A DNA stretch of 48,800 nt, taken from positions 1 to 48,800 of the IMG/VR virus record IMGVR_UViG_3300005573_000129; one strand, 5' to 3'. The DNA is from a virus. Its lineage: Duplodnaviria; Caudoviricetes. The notes beneath the pieces were generated by a model. It saw only the letters and a list, made by a program, of their open reading frames with translations. It was not told the origin of the DNA and did no database searches. Position numbers and translations under genes: made by a program. Below are positions 10,901 through 19,539 of this stretch, in pieces (position 1 is the first letter of the stretch; the number at the start of each line of letters is the position of its first letter).

Positions 10901-12506
10901 ACAGTCCATAGACTGGTTATTCCCAAATATGAAAGCAGTTGGTAAAAAAGTAGATTCGTTGAAGCCGAATGACTATGTAGATGAAATGTTTGATGTTATA
11001 GTAGGCTCTGGAGAACCAAGAGGCAAAATGTTTGTGATTACACGTGGTAAAATAATATTTGGTGCTCAAAAGCCATATTTCCATGAGTACTTCCTTAAAG
11101 ATGAAGAGTTCTTTAAAGATTGGACTCGTATTGTTTTTAGGGCAATAAATGTTCCAGAGATTGATCCAGAAACTAAAGTAAAAACTGAAAGAGAGGACTT
11201 AATGTGGAGAGTAATGATACCAGAAGATCAGATGCCATATGCAATTAGTGATAGGGCTATGGAAAAAGGATGGAAACCGCCAATAAGCAATCCAGAGCCA
11301 TTTCCTAAAGATTTTGTGTTAAATAATTTCAAAGAACAATACGACAAATGGATTAATTGGAAGAAGACTGGAGAGTTTTCTGCTGGCAGAGTTGTGTTAT
11401 CTGTCCATTCTTATAGAGGACCATTGCATGTCAGAGGGATGTTTGTAAAATCATATTATTTATTCTTGGATGATGGTAAGAAATTAGCGAGATGTTTCAG
11501 GTTAAATGGGAATCCACTCTTTGAAGATGTCTTTGCAGTTGAAATTGGCAGGGTATCAAAGAAACTTATGGATTATGAAGGAGATACAAAGCCAGAATCG
11601 TTTTTCAACCCTACAAAAGAGATTGTTGGCAAAGTAGAGCATATGATAGATACAAAATCTGATATTGTTTCTCAAGTGGAAGATAACATTGAGAACATTA
11701 CTTTCAGTATAAAGTCTGGTGAGTTATCTGGCAAGTGGACTCTTGAGCAAGAAGAGAAAGGAAGCAATGTGTATCTTGTAAATATTGCCAATAAGCTATC
11801 TAAAGAAGGGAAATTTGCATACCAAAAGCATACAATAGTAAATGATGGTTATCACTTTGATTTAAGGATTGATTTAGGAGAACCATATCTAATAGAGTTC
11901 AATATTCCAAAAGATTTGCTTGAGTCTACTAAAGATGAATTCATAGATATTGTAAAGAAAAAGTGCAATGATAAATCTTGGCTAGATATTGAAAAGATTG
12001 AACATAGGAAAGTTGGCAAACTTGATACTATAGTAGAGCCAATTGATTCTGGAACTATTAATGTATTGGAAGAATCTGAAGATTTTATGTCTTTTGAACT
12101 ATATGGGAATAAATTAAGAGGTCTATTTGTAATTAAGAATGACACAGATGGTTGGAAAATTGCAAAGTCCTCAAGACCAAGGGCATTATCTAGATACGGA
12201 GAACCTGATGTAGGTCCTTACAAAGATTTCCCAATAGAAGACAAAAAGACTTGGGATTACTTTAGAGTATACCTATATGATCCAAGAGAGTTTACACATA
12301 ATGAAGATTACAAGAAATACATTGAAATTGAAATGCCAGAAGGAGTGCTTCCTTATATTGGGATTTACCATAGGCTTGGGTCTATAGGTGGAGCAAGAGT
12401 GTCTATGATAGATTTTAAGAAAGATATATGGAGTTATAGGGAAGCGATTAAATGGATAAAGGGTTCAAAATTACACCTTTGGAATGGTGTACAGAAGAGA
12501 GGGTGA
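7995..12506 (+). CDS. multidomain ATP-dependent DNA ligase with NTase-like and LigD 3'-phosphoesterase-like domains
   Basis: Ligase motifs I EEKVDGRR, III ILDGEML, IIIa VIYDMMYLNG, IV SEGVVIK, V CKIK; LCGG...DQDIDL (Pol-beta-type NTase); FVIESH..QHLDFRF and FAYQKH..YHFDLRID (PE); GGTGA RBS. Confidence 0.85.
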   Translation: MKVVKLEFEDVVKLWHGEIMPEKDTAYTFGDLCIALDGVLLDKPIVVAINEDKVSQISLEALEDDSLELLHNLCHIIEENLDHIPQICKLHFDIARHMIQRGKSHSGNAFCDRVVELIKGSFEDYVKTLPNLDDKVLADDLRIVYGWYSTIKSGKQLYKHIGEKREPITLESLEDLAVEIVKEMIKRGFKFSKPEDYKTKSRELWEKVIERVGKDKIIFEGSSLPTNVTEINVDYLKGLNNEELEKLWEWLHNKWKEEFPDGKINEDFLNANILIQMERFNRGLIDYSYKDKDDLDRESRYSWQEYGAVTPLSKRITLEEAIKIIQDNGQIVIKGEPYVGYLCGGIVNRGYVDDQDIDLRIQADYDPRIIKALKEMKPKWFADRLHIFFDKEGGIGYSVPVYAFGFDLVPKNEIKKNFEATNIEYFSSITVGKPVIGLKPKSGFGKNEFFDVKECWTKWGIEHPNSIVEEKVDGRRFQIHIDGDKVNMFSEDTQQDRANLFPEIVAELKSLGVKDAILDGEMLAFELPHNVSIKNASSKRKLGDLIPREDTAVITAGNEIDPEFRKKLVLVIYDMMYLNGKDLTELPYEERRKEYLNLIKDNLKYIDAVNGIKVSNMREFFEAVEKMRRLNGSEGVVIKDIEMRYPVKFSGENRTADACKIKNLKSIDCIVLDAIQKKTQEGKPLPNYLYVSGVLVSKSEADQFDPEYIKEYKGKTYLILGRTYSTDVKCEIGDIITVMPIRIRFYESNGKKKVTWMFPLFKEKREDKKEPDTITTAKRIAEVKTSPLSEDNEIIRIELQTCKYYKDENICPLKRIFRKTRDQLSEIIVEKEHLKYPVKCPLAQLYKCRYLKPYYYEISPFAKYVIETDGELNSLSLPRELKLYALSKYMECPKGEHEFVIESHILTSEYIPKDKHIPAKGSQHLDFRFKVDGYLEGWSIVGGSVDNMVTPTTLIENKAKGFRAEEKAQQSIDWLFPNMKAVGKKVDSLKPNDYVDEMFDVIVGSGEPRGKMFVITRGKIIFGAQKPYFHEYFLKDEEFFKDWTRIVFRAINVPEIDPETKVKTEREDLMWRVMIPEDQMPYAISDRAMEKGWKPPISNPEPFPKDFVLNNFKEQYDKWINWKKTGEFSAGRVVLSVHSYRGPLHVRGMFVKSYYLFLDDGKKLARCFRLNGNPLFEDVFAVEIGRVSKKLMDYEGDTKPESFFNPTKEIVGKVEHMIDTKSDIVSQVEDNIENITFSIKSGELSGKWTLEQEEKGSNVYLVNIANKLSKEGKFAYQKHTIVNDGYHFDLRIDLGEPYLIEFNIPKDLLESTKDEFIDIVKKKCNDKSWLDIEKIEHRKVGKLDTIVEPIDSGTINVLEESEDFMSFELYGNKLRGLFVIKNDTDGWKIAKSSRPRALSRYGEPDVGPYKDFPIEDKKTWDYFRVYLYDPREFTHNEDYKKYIEIEMPEGVLPYIGIYHRLGSIGGARVSMIDFKKDIWSYREAIKWIKGSKLHLWNGVQKRG

Positions 12507-12510
12507 TGGC

Positions 12511-12966
12511 ATGGTAGAAATAGAATTGCCATTGATCATTTCTTCTATTATAAGTACTTCAGCATTAGGAGTATCCATATTGTCATATTTGCATACAAAG
12601 TCCAGAGATTATAATGCAGAATGTCGTGAAATATATGATAGAATAAGTGAATTAGATAAATATACTCATACTGAAATAGTCAAATTAAATGAAAGAGTTA
12701 AAAGTGTAGAACGGTTTGTAGATAGTTGGTGGTCTATGATGGAAAAGGAGATGGCAACTGTATTAAAGCATCCTACAAAACAAGAGTTAGATGATCTTCT
12801 TGATAAATTTGTATCACATTCAATTACTACAAACGAGCTGTTGCAACTTAAACAAATTATTCAATCAGAGCTGAATAATTCAAGAGCTATAAAGGATTAT
12901 GGAAAGACAATAGCATTAACTTTCATAAACGTTTCTATTGATAGGAGATTAAATTGCAATAAATGA
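12511..12966 (+). CDS. membrane-anchored coiled-coil hypothetical protein
   Basis: N-terminal hydrophobic helix LPLIISSIISTSALGVSILSYL; start moved to ATG 12511 after GGGTGA. Confidence 0.55.
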   Translation: MVEIELPLIISSIISTSALGVSILSYLHTKSRDYNAECREIYDRISELDKYTHTEIVKLNERVKSVERFVDSWWSMMEKEMATVLKHPTKQELDDLLDKFVSHSITTNELLQLKQIIQSELNNSRAIKDYGKTIALTFINVSIDRRLNCNK

Positions 12967-13007
12967 TATATCTATGAGTATGCAATATCGTATTGCAGGA
13001 GTGAACG

Positions 13008-14111
13008 TTGATGGTAATGAACGAAGATGTTAAGAGTATTTTGCTTGAACTTGAAACTGAAAACGAAGAACTAAAGAAAGCTCTTGAATCTTATAAGCCA
13101 AAGATTTCTGATGAAGTTGGGTTTGGTTATAATTTTGTAATTCTATCAAAGTCGCCACTTAAGATTTCTGGTGTTTTACTATCTGAAGGTGTATGGAAAG
13201 GCATTAAGTACCTTTATGATGAAATGAAGAAAGCATTGCCTAAATTTAAAGGGCTAAAAGGTATGGTATTGCATGGTAAATCAGAAGAGTATAAGGATCG
13301 TGTAATAGGGAAGCTCACTAAAGTAACACCAAATGATATGTTAAAGTCACTTGTATTTGAGGCGATTGTTGATGATCCACAAGCTATTGAAGATATTAAG
13401 AATGGAGTATTTGATGCCGTTTCTTTGAAAATAGAAGCAGGTCAATTAGACACTTCAACTGTACCACCAGAAGGGAGGGATTATACCCCATATGAGTGGT
13501 CTTTGACAAGCACACCTGCTTGTGAAACTTGTTTGATATTTTCTGTTGATGAATTAAGTATTAATGCTAAAGAGGAGTGTGATGAAATGGGAATAAAAGA
13601 CAAAAAAATAGAAGAAAATACTACAGTTGTTTCTTTATCAGAAGAAAAGAAGGTAGAAGCACCTAAAGTTGAAACTAAACAGGTTGAACCAACTAAAGAA
13701 ACACCACCACCGCCACCACCTACAGACGCTCAACCCAAGCCTGTAGAAGAAAAACCTGTTGCTACTGTGCAAACAAAAGTTGAACAAATAACAGTAGGCA
13801 AGGAAGAAGAGAAAGTCCATACAGTCACTCCTACAGACATTAGAATTATAATTGAGACACCAGAGCATAGGTCAGAAGAAAAGAAGGTTGAAGATGTTAA
13901 AGCACAACCACCACCACCACCACAGCAACCTGAAGTTAAGAAGGAAGAACCACAAGCACAAGAGAAACCTGCTGTAGAAGAGAAACCTCTTACTATTGGC
14001 AGAATTAAGAAATATGCTAAAGAGAAGAATATTGACTTGGCTACGATATCAGCAGAGCTTTTGATAAAATCACTTGAAAGGCAACAGCATAATATGCAAG
14101 AAGAGGAGTGA
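13008..14111 (+). CDS. prohead (maturation) protease with Pro/Glu/Lys-rich scaffold-like C-terminus
   Basis: His in VLHG, Ser in DAVSL, EWSLTSTPAC (HK97/Mu-type protease motifs); lies upstream of the capsid gene. Confidence 0.75.
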   Translation: MMVMNEDVKSILLELETENEELKKALESYKPKISDEVGFGYNFVILSKSPLKISGVLLSEGVWKGIKYLYDEMKKALPKFKGLKGMVLHGKSEEYKDRVIGKLTKVTPNDMLKSLVFEAIVDDPQAIEDIKNGVFDAVSLKIEAGQLDTSTVPPEGRDYTPYEWSLTSTPACETCLIFSVDELSINAKEECDEMGIKDKKIEENTTVVSLSEEKKVEAPKVETKQVEPTKETPPPPPPTDAQPKPVEEKPVATVQTKVEQITVGKEEEKVHTVTPTDIRIIIETPEHRSEEKKVEDVKAQPPPPPQQPEVKKEEPQAQEKPAVEEKPLTIGRIKKYAKEKNIDLATISAELLIKSLERQQHNMQEEE

Positions 14112-14115
14112 TAAC

Positions 14116-14379
14116 ATGTCTACTCTTTATGATCTTCCTAAAGAAGAATTGATAAGAAAGATTAGAGACCTTGAAGACAAATTGGCTAAAGAAAGAGTAG
14201 AAAAAGAGCAATATCAGAAACAACATGAAACAACTCAAATTATAGATAGTTCATCTATTAGGAAGATCGTAGAAGAGGCTATCAAAGGGAATACTAAAGA
14301 GCTTTCTGATTCTACTAATGAAATGGTAGAAAAGACTGTAGACCTTATATTAAGATATTACAAAGAGAAAGGCGTTTAA
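14116..14379 (+). CDS. coiled-coil scaffold-like protein
   Basis: GAGGAGTGA RBS before ATG 14116; charged heptad pattern; lies between protease and capsid genes. Confidence 0.5.
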   Translation: MSTLYDLPKEELIRKIRDLEDKLAKERVEKEQYQKQHETTQIIDSSSIRKIVEEAIKGNTKELSDSTNEMVEKTVDLILRYYKEKGV

Positions 14380-14486
14380 TTTTTCAGGTCTATCGATAAA
14401 TTATTTAATTTTTTTAATTTATTTTTCTTACGTATATAAAAACTTAAATATAATACTTTATGTATTATTGCTTGGAGGAATCCATA

Positions 14487-15536
14487 GTGAAAGACATATT
14501 TGAACTTGCAAATACCACTACAACCGATGTTACTGCGATTACTCCAAAGGTAATCTCCGCTACTATTGAGGAGATTGCTCGTGCAAAGAGAGTATTCGCA
14601 CAATTCTACAAAGAGAATAGGGACTTGATGAATACTGGTGGAACTCAAGTAGAATTTCCGAAGAAGGGTTCTGGTGTTGTAGTCCAGACTGGTTTGAGTG
14701 CTGGAAGCACTCTTGACACTGGGAAGATAACATATGATGCAACTACAATTGCTATACAGAAGTCTGGAATAGGAATAGGGTTTAACGGTGAAGCACTCCG
14801 TCAGGTTAGAAGGGATATAATCAGGGATGCAATTCAGGAAGCTGGTGAAGCTTGGGCTGATTCGAGGGATACTCTTGCACTTGAAGCAATGTTCCCAACG
14901 GTTAATATTGTTGCTTCTGGAGCATCTACAATTACTGCTACTGGCACAATCATAATTGGCATTAAATCAACCATTGGTTCTGTTTCAAGTGTCATAATTG
15001 ACACGAACTCTGCTGTTGTGTTTGGTAGTGCTGGCACTGTTACAGCTTGGTACATTCCAACTACTGCTGGTGCAAGGACTCTATCTGCAGTTGGTGGAAG
15101 TCTAAGTCCGAAGGATATCCTTGCTGGTAGGACTTCGATTGTTTCATATAACTACGATCCAGATGTAATGATAATCAACCCGAAGAGGCTTGCTGACATA
15201 CTATACGATCCTGCTGTGAACTTTGTGCAGTCTTGGGCATATCGTGGTGAAGGACCTGCTGTTAACGGTGAGATTGGGCAGATATGGGGCATGAAGGTTG
15301 TCGTTACAAACAAGTGTCCAATATACGGTGTAATTATGCTTGACAGTGAGAACCTTGGATACAATGTTAAGAGGCTTGAGCTTGAGCTTAAGAAGGATGA
15401 GTACTCTGGCATGAAGACTGATTCGCTATACTTCTGGGGATTTGCTGAAGAGAACTTTGGCGTTGTCAATGACAGGGCTTACGGTGCTGTTGCAGTCAAA
15501 GGCACTTTTGTTCCTGAAGTGAATTCAACTCGATAA
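14487..15536 (+). CDS. major capsid protein (HK97 fold)
   Basis: GGAGG RBS then GTG 14487; ITPKVIS..IEE, VEFPK, PDVMIINP, GEIGQIWGMKVVVT; high-expression codon bias; position in the head module. Confidence 0.85.
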   Translation: MKDIFELANTTTTDVTAITPKVISATIEEIARAKRVFAQFYKENRDLMNTGGTQVEFPKKGSGVVVQTGLSAGSTLDTGKITYDATTIAIQKSGIGIGFNGEALRQVRRDIIRDAIQEAGEAWADSRDTLALEAMFPTVNIVASGASTITATGTIIIGIKSTIGSVSSVIIDTNSAVVFGSAGTVTAWYIPTTAGARTLSAVGGSLSPKDILAGRTSIVSYNYDPDVMIINPKRLADILYDPAVNFVQSWAYRGEGPAVNGEIGQIWGMKVVVTNKCPIYGVIMLDSENLGYNVKRLELELKKDEYSGMKTDSLYFWGFAEENFGVVNDRAYGAVAVKGTFVPEVNSTR

Positions 15537-15547
15537 GATGATCTTAT
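15533..15547. promoter_or_regulatory. 15-bp palindrome ATAAGATGATCTTAT overlapping the capsid stop codon
   Basis: Read directly; member of the dispersed motif family. Confidence 0.6.
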
Positions 15548-15590
15548 TTAAGTATAGGGTTTTGAAACCCTATACTTAAACTGATTTTTT
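15547..15590 (+). terminator. perfect 16-bp inverted repeat plus T-tract after the capsid gene
   Basis: tttaagtatagggttt-tg-aaaccctatacttaaa followed by ctgatttttt. Confidence 0.75.
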
Positions 15591-15647
15591 CATTTGCAAT
15601 ATTTATTAAGTCCTATACTTCTATGTAAGTTAGGAGGATATTTCATA

Positions 15648-16289
15648 ATGGTAAGCATTTCTCCTAATGACATAAGGCTAATTGTAGGATTAACACCTTC
15701 AGAAGCTCCAGATGAAGAGATAGAGCCTTACATTGAAGATGCCAAGAGAGAATGTTTGTCTGATTGCTGTATTTTTGTTAAAGATGAAGAAATTACTGCA
15801 TCAGAAGGCAATGAGAAACAATTTGAAGTTAACCATCAGTATATTGCAGATACAAACTTTGATGGGGAATGGGATTTTAATGATGTTTTAGTATATGGAT
15901 GGGTTGATAAAGATGATCCATCTACAAGAACAGAACTTGGTGTAAATTCAGTGGATGGTAGATATGGAATAGTTGAACTAACTACAGCACCATCTTCATA
16001 TGAAAAAGTAACTATTGATTATTGGTATTATAGGGATTATGCAGACCCATATCTTATGAGAAAGGCTTGTGCAATCCTTGCATCATACAAATATGTTCTT
16101 GCACAGTTCCTTTTAATTCCAGCAACTCTGTCTCATGGAGCATTACGATATAGATTTGAAATTCCATATCAAAATCTTTACGGTGAATATGAACGAGTAA
16201 AGAATCTTGCATTCCTTGAAGGCAGTAGAATAATCAGGAAAACTTCGAGTGATTCTGAACTTGAGCCAATAAGAGGCGAAATCAAGTGA
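15648..16289 (+). CDS. head-tail adaptor/connector protein
   Basis: AGGAGG RBS before ATG 15648; 'S..DIR....L.....D..I...I..A' N-terminus; directly follows the capsid gene. Confidence 0.6.
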   Translation: MVSISPNDIRLIVGLTPSEAPDEEIEPYIEDAKRECLSDCCIFVKDEEITASEGNEKQFEVNHQYIADTNFDGEWDFNDVLVYGWVDKDDPSTRTELGVNSVDGRYGIVELTTAPSSYEKVTIDYWYYRDYADPYLMRKACAILASYKYVLAQFLLIPATLSHGALRYRFEIPYQNLYGEYERVKNLAFLEGSRIIRKTSSDSELEPIRGEIK

Positions 16290-16648
16290 AAGCATTAGAC
16301 ATCATAATTTCAAAGGTTATTAGGAACTTTGGTATTGAAGTAATTCATAGACCTGTTAAAGAAATAGTAGATGATGAAACTGGAGAGAGGAGAGAAATAT
16401 TTGGCGAAGATAAATTGATCAAAGGGCAGTTATCTCAACTTACAGACTATAATGAAGATTATCAATTTGGTGGTCTTTTGCAGTTTGGAGATTATTTGTT
16501 TACTACATCTGCAGAATATGGGATAAATGCTGGTGATTATATCTACATAGGCAGTGAGTGGACTCGTGTAGTGTCCAAAAATTCAAGATTCATGAAAGGA
16601 GTAGAAAACTATGTAGAGTATCTATTGAGAAGATCGGAGATGAGATAG
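16286..16648 (+). CDS. head-closure (SPP1 gp16-like) protein
   Basis: 120 aa, beta-rich, 'I.AGD.I' motif; synteny. Confidence 0.55.
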   Translation: MKALDIIISKVIRNFGIEVIHRPVKEIVDDETGERREIFGEDKLIKGQLSQLTDYNEDYQFGGLLQFGDYLFTTSAEYGINAGDYIYIGSEWTRVVSKNSRFMKGVENYVEYLLRRSEMR

Positions 16649-17265
16649 TGCCTATCTCTATTAATGCAGATGTTACAAATTTAGAAATGACAATCTTTTT
16701 CTTGGATAGGCTTGACTCATTAATTCCAATTATTCAACAAGTTGTTAAAAAAGAAGTAACTGGATATTATTTAGAAATTTCATCAAAACTCTCTGCTTAT
16801 CTTAAGGGTTACGAGTATTCCTATAAAAAGGAAGAAGGCAAAGGAGATGACATTGGTTATACTATTAGGCAGTTAAGAGCAACAAGAGAAGTTTCAAATG
16901 CATTGAAGTTTGGGTATTCTGGCGATAATACGAAATTTGAAATACTTTTTGCTGTAAAGTCGAAAGAATTTGTCATATGGAATAAAACTGATCCTATCTA
17001 TAGAAAACTTGGTCAGGATCAACTTAAAGATTTTACAATGAGTTATTTGACAGCAGGTAAAACAACAGCAAGATGGAGGCAATATACTTGTGTCTTTCAA
17101 AAATACAAGGGTGGTGAAATTACTACTCCTGAAGGATATATGAGATTAATAGAACTTTCACCATGTGTGTTTAATGTAAACGAGAAATTCCTATACTTAA
17201 AGATTAAATTAAGGAGAACTTTAAGGGAATATTTGGAGGAATGGGTTGGTGCTTTCCCAAGATAA
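16648..17265 (+). CDS. putative tail-completion/neck protein
   Basis: Synteny; likely GTG start overlapping the preceding TAG. Confidence 0.4.
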   Translation: MPISINADVTNLEMTIFFLDRLDSLIPIIQQVVKKEVTGYYLEISSKLSAYLKGYEYSYKKEEGKGDDIGYTIRQLRATREVSNALKFGYSGDNTKFEILFAVKSKEFVIWNKTDPIYRKLGQDQLKDFTMSYLTAGKTTARWRQYTCVFQKYKGGEITTPEGYMRLIELSPCVFNVNEKFLYLKIKLRRTLREYLEEWVGAFPR

Positions 17266-18016
17266 GCTTTTAGAAAATGCTATGAAAGTTGTAAAGCCTT
17301 ACTTGTATCACCAAAATACGATACCTACTGATACATTATCTGTGATTGGGACTATTACGCAAGAATTTTATGCTTTCACAAATTCTTTGAGTTCTTATGC
17401 TTTTAATGTGGTTGAACCACCTTCTGGTAGCATTTCATTTAATTTTTCAAGTGGCACAATTTCTGTAAAGTCCACATTTATTCCAAATGTTGGTTGGAAT
17501 ACTGTTAATATTAATGAAAGGATTGTGTCACGAGATAAATGTACTATTCAAATTATAAGTAATGACTCTATAACGTATGGTGCTACCACTATCCCTTATA
17601 ACATAGAGACAAGTGTGAATGATGTTGTTAGCAACGTAGTAATGTCCCAAAATCCAATTTTTAAAGAGTGGTTGAGATTTGCATATCCTTATGAAGTTGT
17701 TTCAAGAGATTATTTGCCAAGATGTGTTATTGATGTTACTGAAAGGGCAGTAATCAATTATCCATATATCAACTATGATGTTTGGAGAGAAGAGCAAAGC
17801 ATACAGTTCCAAGTGTATTCTTTATATCCTAAAGAATTATTTGAAATTACAAAAGCAATAGAGAAAGCAATTATATCTAATAGAGAAAACATTGCAAATG
17901 AAATTTGTCTTATAGTTCCTTCTGGTACTTCTGGAATTGGTAAAAATATAGATGATATTTTATTCAAGACAATAACATTTAATATTAAGATACTTAACAG
18001 GAATATAACAGGGTGA
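17246..18016 (+). CDS. putative tail terminator protein with an inserted domain
   Basis: C-terminal half YP......LPR..I....IQFQVYS; lies directly upstream of the tail tube gene. Confidence 0.5.
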   Translation: MVLSQDKLLENAMKVVKPYLYHQNTIPTDTLSVIGTITQEFYAFTNSLSSYAFNVVEPPSGSISFNFSSGTISVKSTFIPNVGWNTVNINERIVSRDKCTIQIISNDSITYGATTIPYNIETSVNDVVSNVVMSQNPIFKEWLRFAYPYEVVSRDYLPRCVIDVTERAVINYPYINYDVWREEQSIQFQVYSLYPKELFEITKAIEKAIISNRENIANEICLIVPSGTSGIGKNIDDILFKTITFNIKILNRNITG

Positions 18017-18021
18017 ACTGA

Positions 18022-18969
18022 ATGGCAGGATGTTCTGATTATATCTCAAGAGCTGTAAAGATGGGATACAACTGGGATGGCTCACTTTTAAGTGCAAATA
18101 GTTGTACATTGTCTTGGAATTATCTAAAGTCTTTTAATGTTTCTATTAGAGAAAATATAGACAAAGCCGGTGTAATATCTGGAAGTCGTGATCAGGCAAG
18201 AATAGCAGTTCTTGGTGAAGAAACAGAAGTAGAGTTTGAACATGAGCTAATGTCTCCTTATCCATTGTATTTTGCACTTGGATCAATTAGTCCGAGTCCT
18301 ACACCTCCATTCTCGATATCAGTAGGTTCAACTTTGCCGACTATGACATTTGCAAGATATCTTGAGCCAGTTGAAACTGGAGAACAAAAACTGCTTCGTG
18401 TATGGGGAGCTAAAGTTGATTCTATGGAGTTTAATGTAGAAGCAAATGGTCTTGCTAATATTAGTGCAACTTGTTATGGGAATAGGGCTACTATTGATAC
18501 CTCTGGGACTATAACAGCTTCAATAGATTATACAAAAGACCCAGTATACTTTAATGACTTTACTATAAAAGTAGATACTCAAAGCATTGATGAAATCTCA
18601 AGGATATCATTCACTGTTAATAATAACCTTGAAAGGAAATATGCAATTTCAACTTCTGCTGGATATGGTGCCTATTGTATTCCAGAAGGATTCTTGGAAA
18701 TTGAAGGTAGGCTTGAGCTTGGTGGTAAAGCACTCGGTATGCTTGAGAAGGTACTGAATAGAACTGCTGGGCATACAATTGAGTTGATTATCGCTAAGAC
18801 TCATGGAGGGGAAGTGACTTCAACTATCACATTGCCTAATGTAATGTTCAATGAGTATCCAGAGAAAATAGAAGGAATTGAGCCATATAGTATAGAGATT
18901 CCATTCCAAGCAATACCAAGTTCTTCACAACCAGCTATCAAAATAGTGACTAATACTCTAATACTATAG
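18022..18969 (+). CDS. major tail tube protein
   Basis: 315 aa, beta-rich; GAKVDSMEF, ISFTVNNNLE, EIEG motifs of siphovirus tube proteins; GGTGA RBS. Confidence 0.75.
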   Translation: MAGCSDYISRAVKMGYNWDGSLLSANSCTLSWNYLKSFNVSIRENIDKAGVISGSRDQARIAVLGEETEVEFEHELMSPYPLYFALGSISPSPTPPFSISVGSTLPTMTFARYLEPVETGEQKLLRVWGAKVDSMEFNVEANGLANISATCYGNRATIDTSGTITASIDYTKDPVYFNDFTIKVDTQSIDEISRISFTVNNNLERKYAISTSAGYGAYCIPEGFLEIEGRLELGGKALGMLEKVLNRTAGHTIELIIAKTHGGEVTSTITLPNVMFNEYPEKIEGIEPYSIEIPFQAIPSSSQPAIKIVTNTLIL

Positions 18970-18982
18970 GAGAGTAAGTGGA

Positions 18983-19363
18983 ATGCCAGAAGAACTTACT
19001 CTTTCTAAATTACTTTTTAATGAGCCAGAAATTTTAGAAATACCTCCTTTTGGTAAGATTAAAGTCAGATTGCCTACAAATGGTCAAAGGCTTAAAGCAT
19101 ATAGCCTTGCTAAAAAGAAAGAGTATTGGAATGATTTGCCTGATGAAGAGAAAGATGCAGAGTTTGCAAGGAATTTGATTCCTTTTATACTTGAAGAGCC
19201 AAAAATTACACATGAGGACTTGGAAAAAATTCCAGCACCACATCTTAATGCTATAGTTGAAATGATACTCGCTTGGCTACTTAAAAAGGATGTAGAGCTT
19301 CGGAAAGAAAGGCAGAATGTATTTGATAGTTTTTTTCAAGTAGCGAAGGAAAAGCAAGCTTAA
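18983..19363 (+). CDS. tail assembly chaperone (gpG-like)
   Basis: Lies between tail tube and tape measure; T7 slippery run near its 3' end. Confidence 0.7.
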   Translation: MPEELTLSKLLFNEPEILEIPPFGKIKVRLPTNGQRLKAYSLAKKKEYWNDLPDEEKDAEFARNLIPFILEEPKITHEDLEKIPAPHLNAIVEMILAWLLKKDVELRKERQNVFDSFFQVAKEKQA

Positions 19364-19539
19364 TGTTTTTTGAAATATTAGAATTGATGAATTTTGATTG
19401 GAATAAGGCTGTGGAGGTGTTTTGCAACTATAATGATTACCAAATAGAGTTCATAAATAGAATGGTTAAGAAAAGGAATAAATTGAGAGAAGCAGAAATG
19501 AAGATGCAGGAGAAGAGGGCTAAATATGTCAGAAGATAG
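19330..19539 (+). CDS. tail assembly chaperone extension (gpGT-like, -1 frameshift; ATG-started ORF 19363-19539)
   Basis: The -1 frame is open from T TTT TTT C (19330-19337): SSSEGKASLMFFEILELMNFDW...KYVRR*; absent from the ORF track. Confidence 0.7.
   Translation, partial: FFSSSEGKASLMFFEILELMNFDWNKAVEVFCNYNDYQIEFINRMVKKRNKLREAEMKMQEKRAKYVRR

Noticed and set aside
7995-12506. Intein or intron as the cause of the ligase's size
   Set aside because: No C/S...HN-C/S/T splice junctions or LAGLIDADG blocks were seen; the extra length is accounted for by other domains
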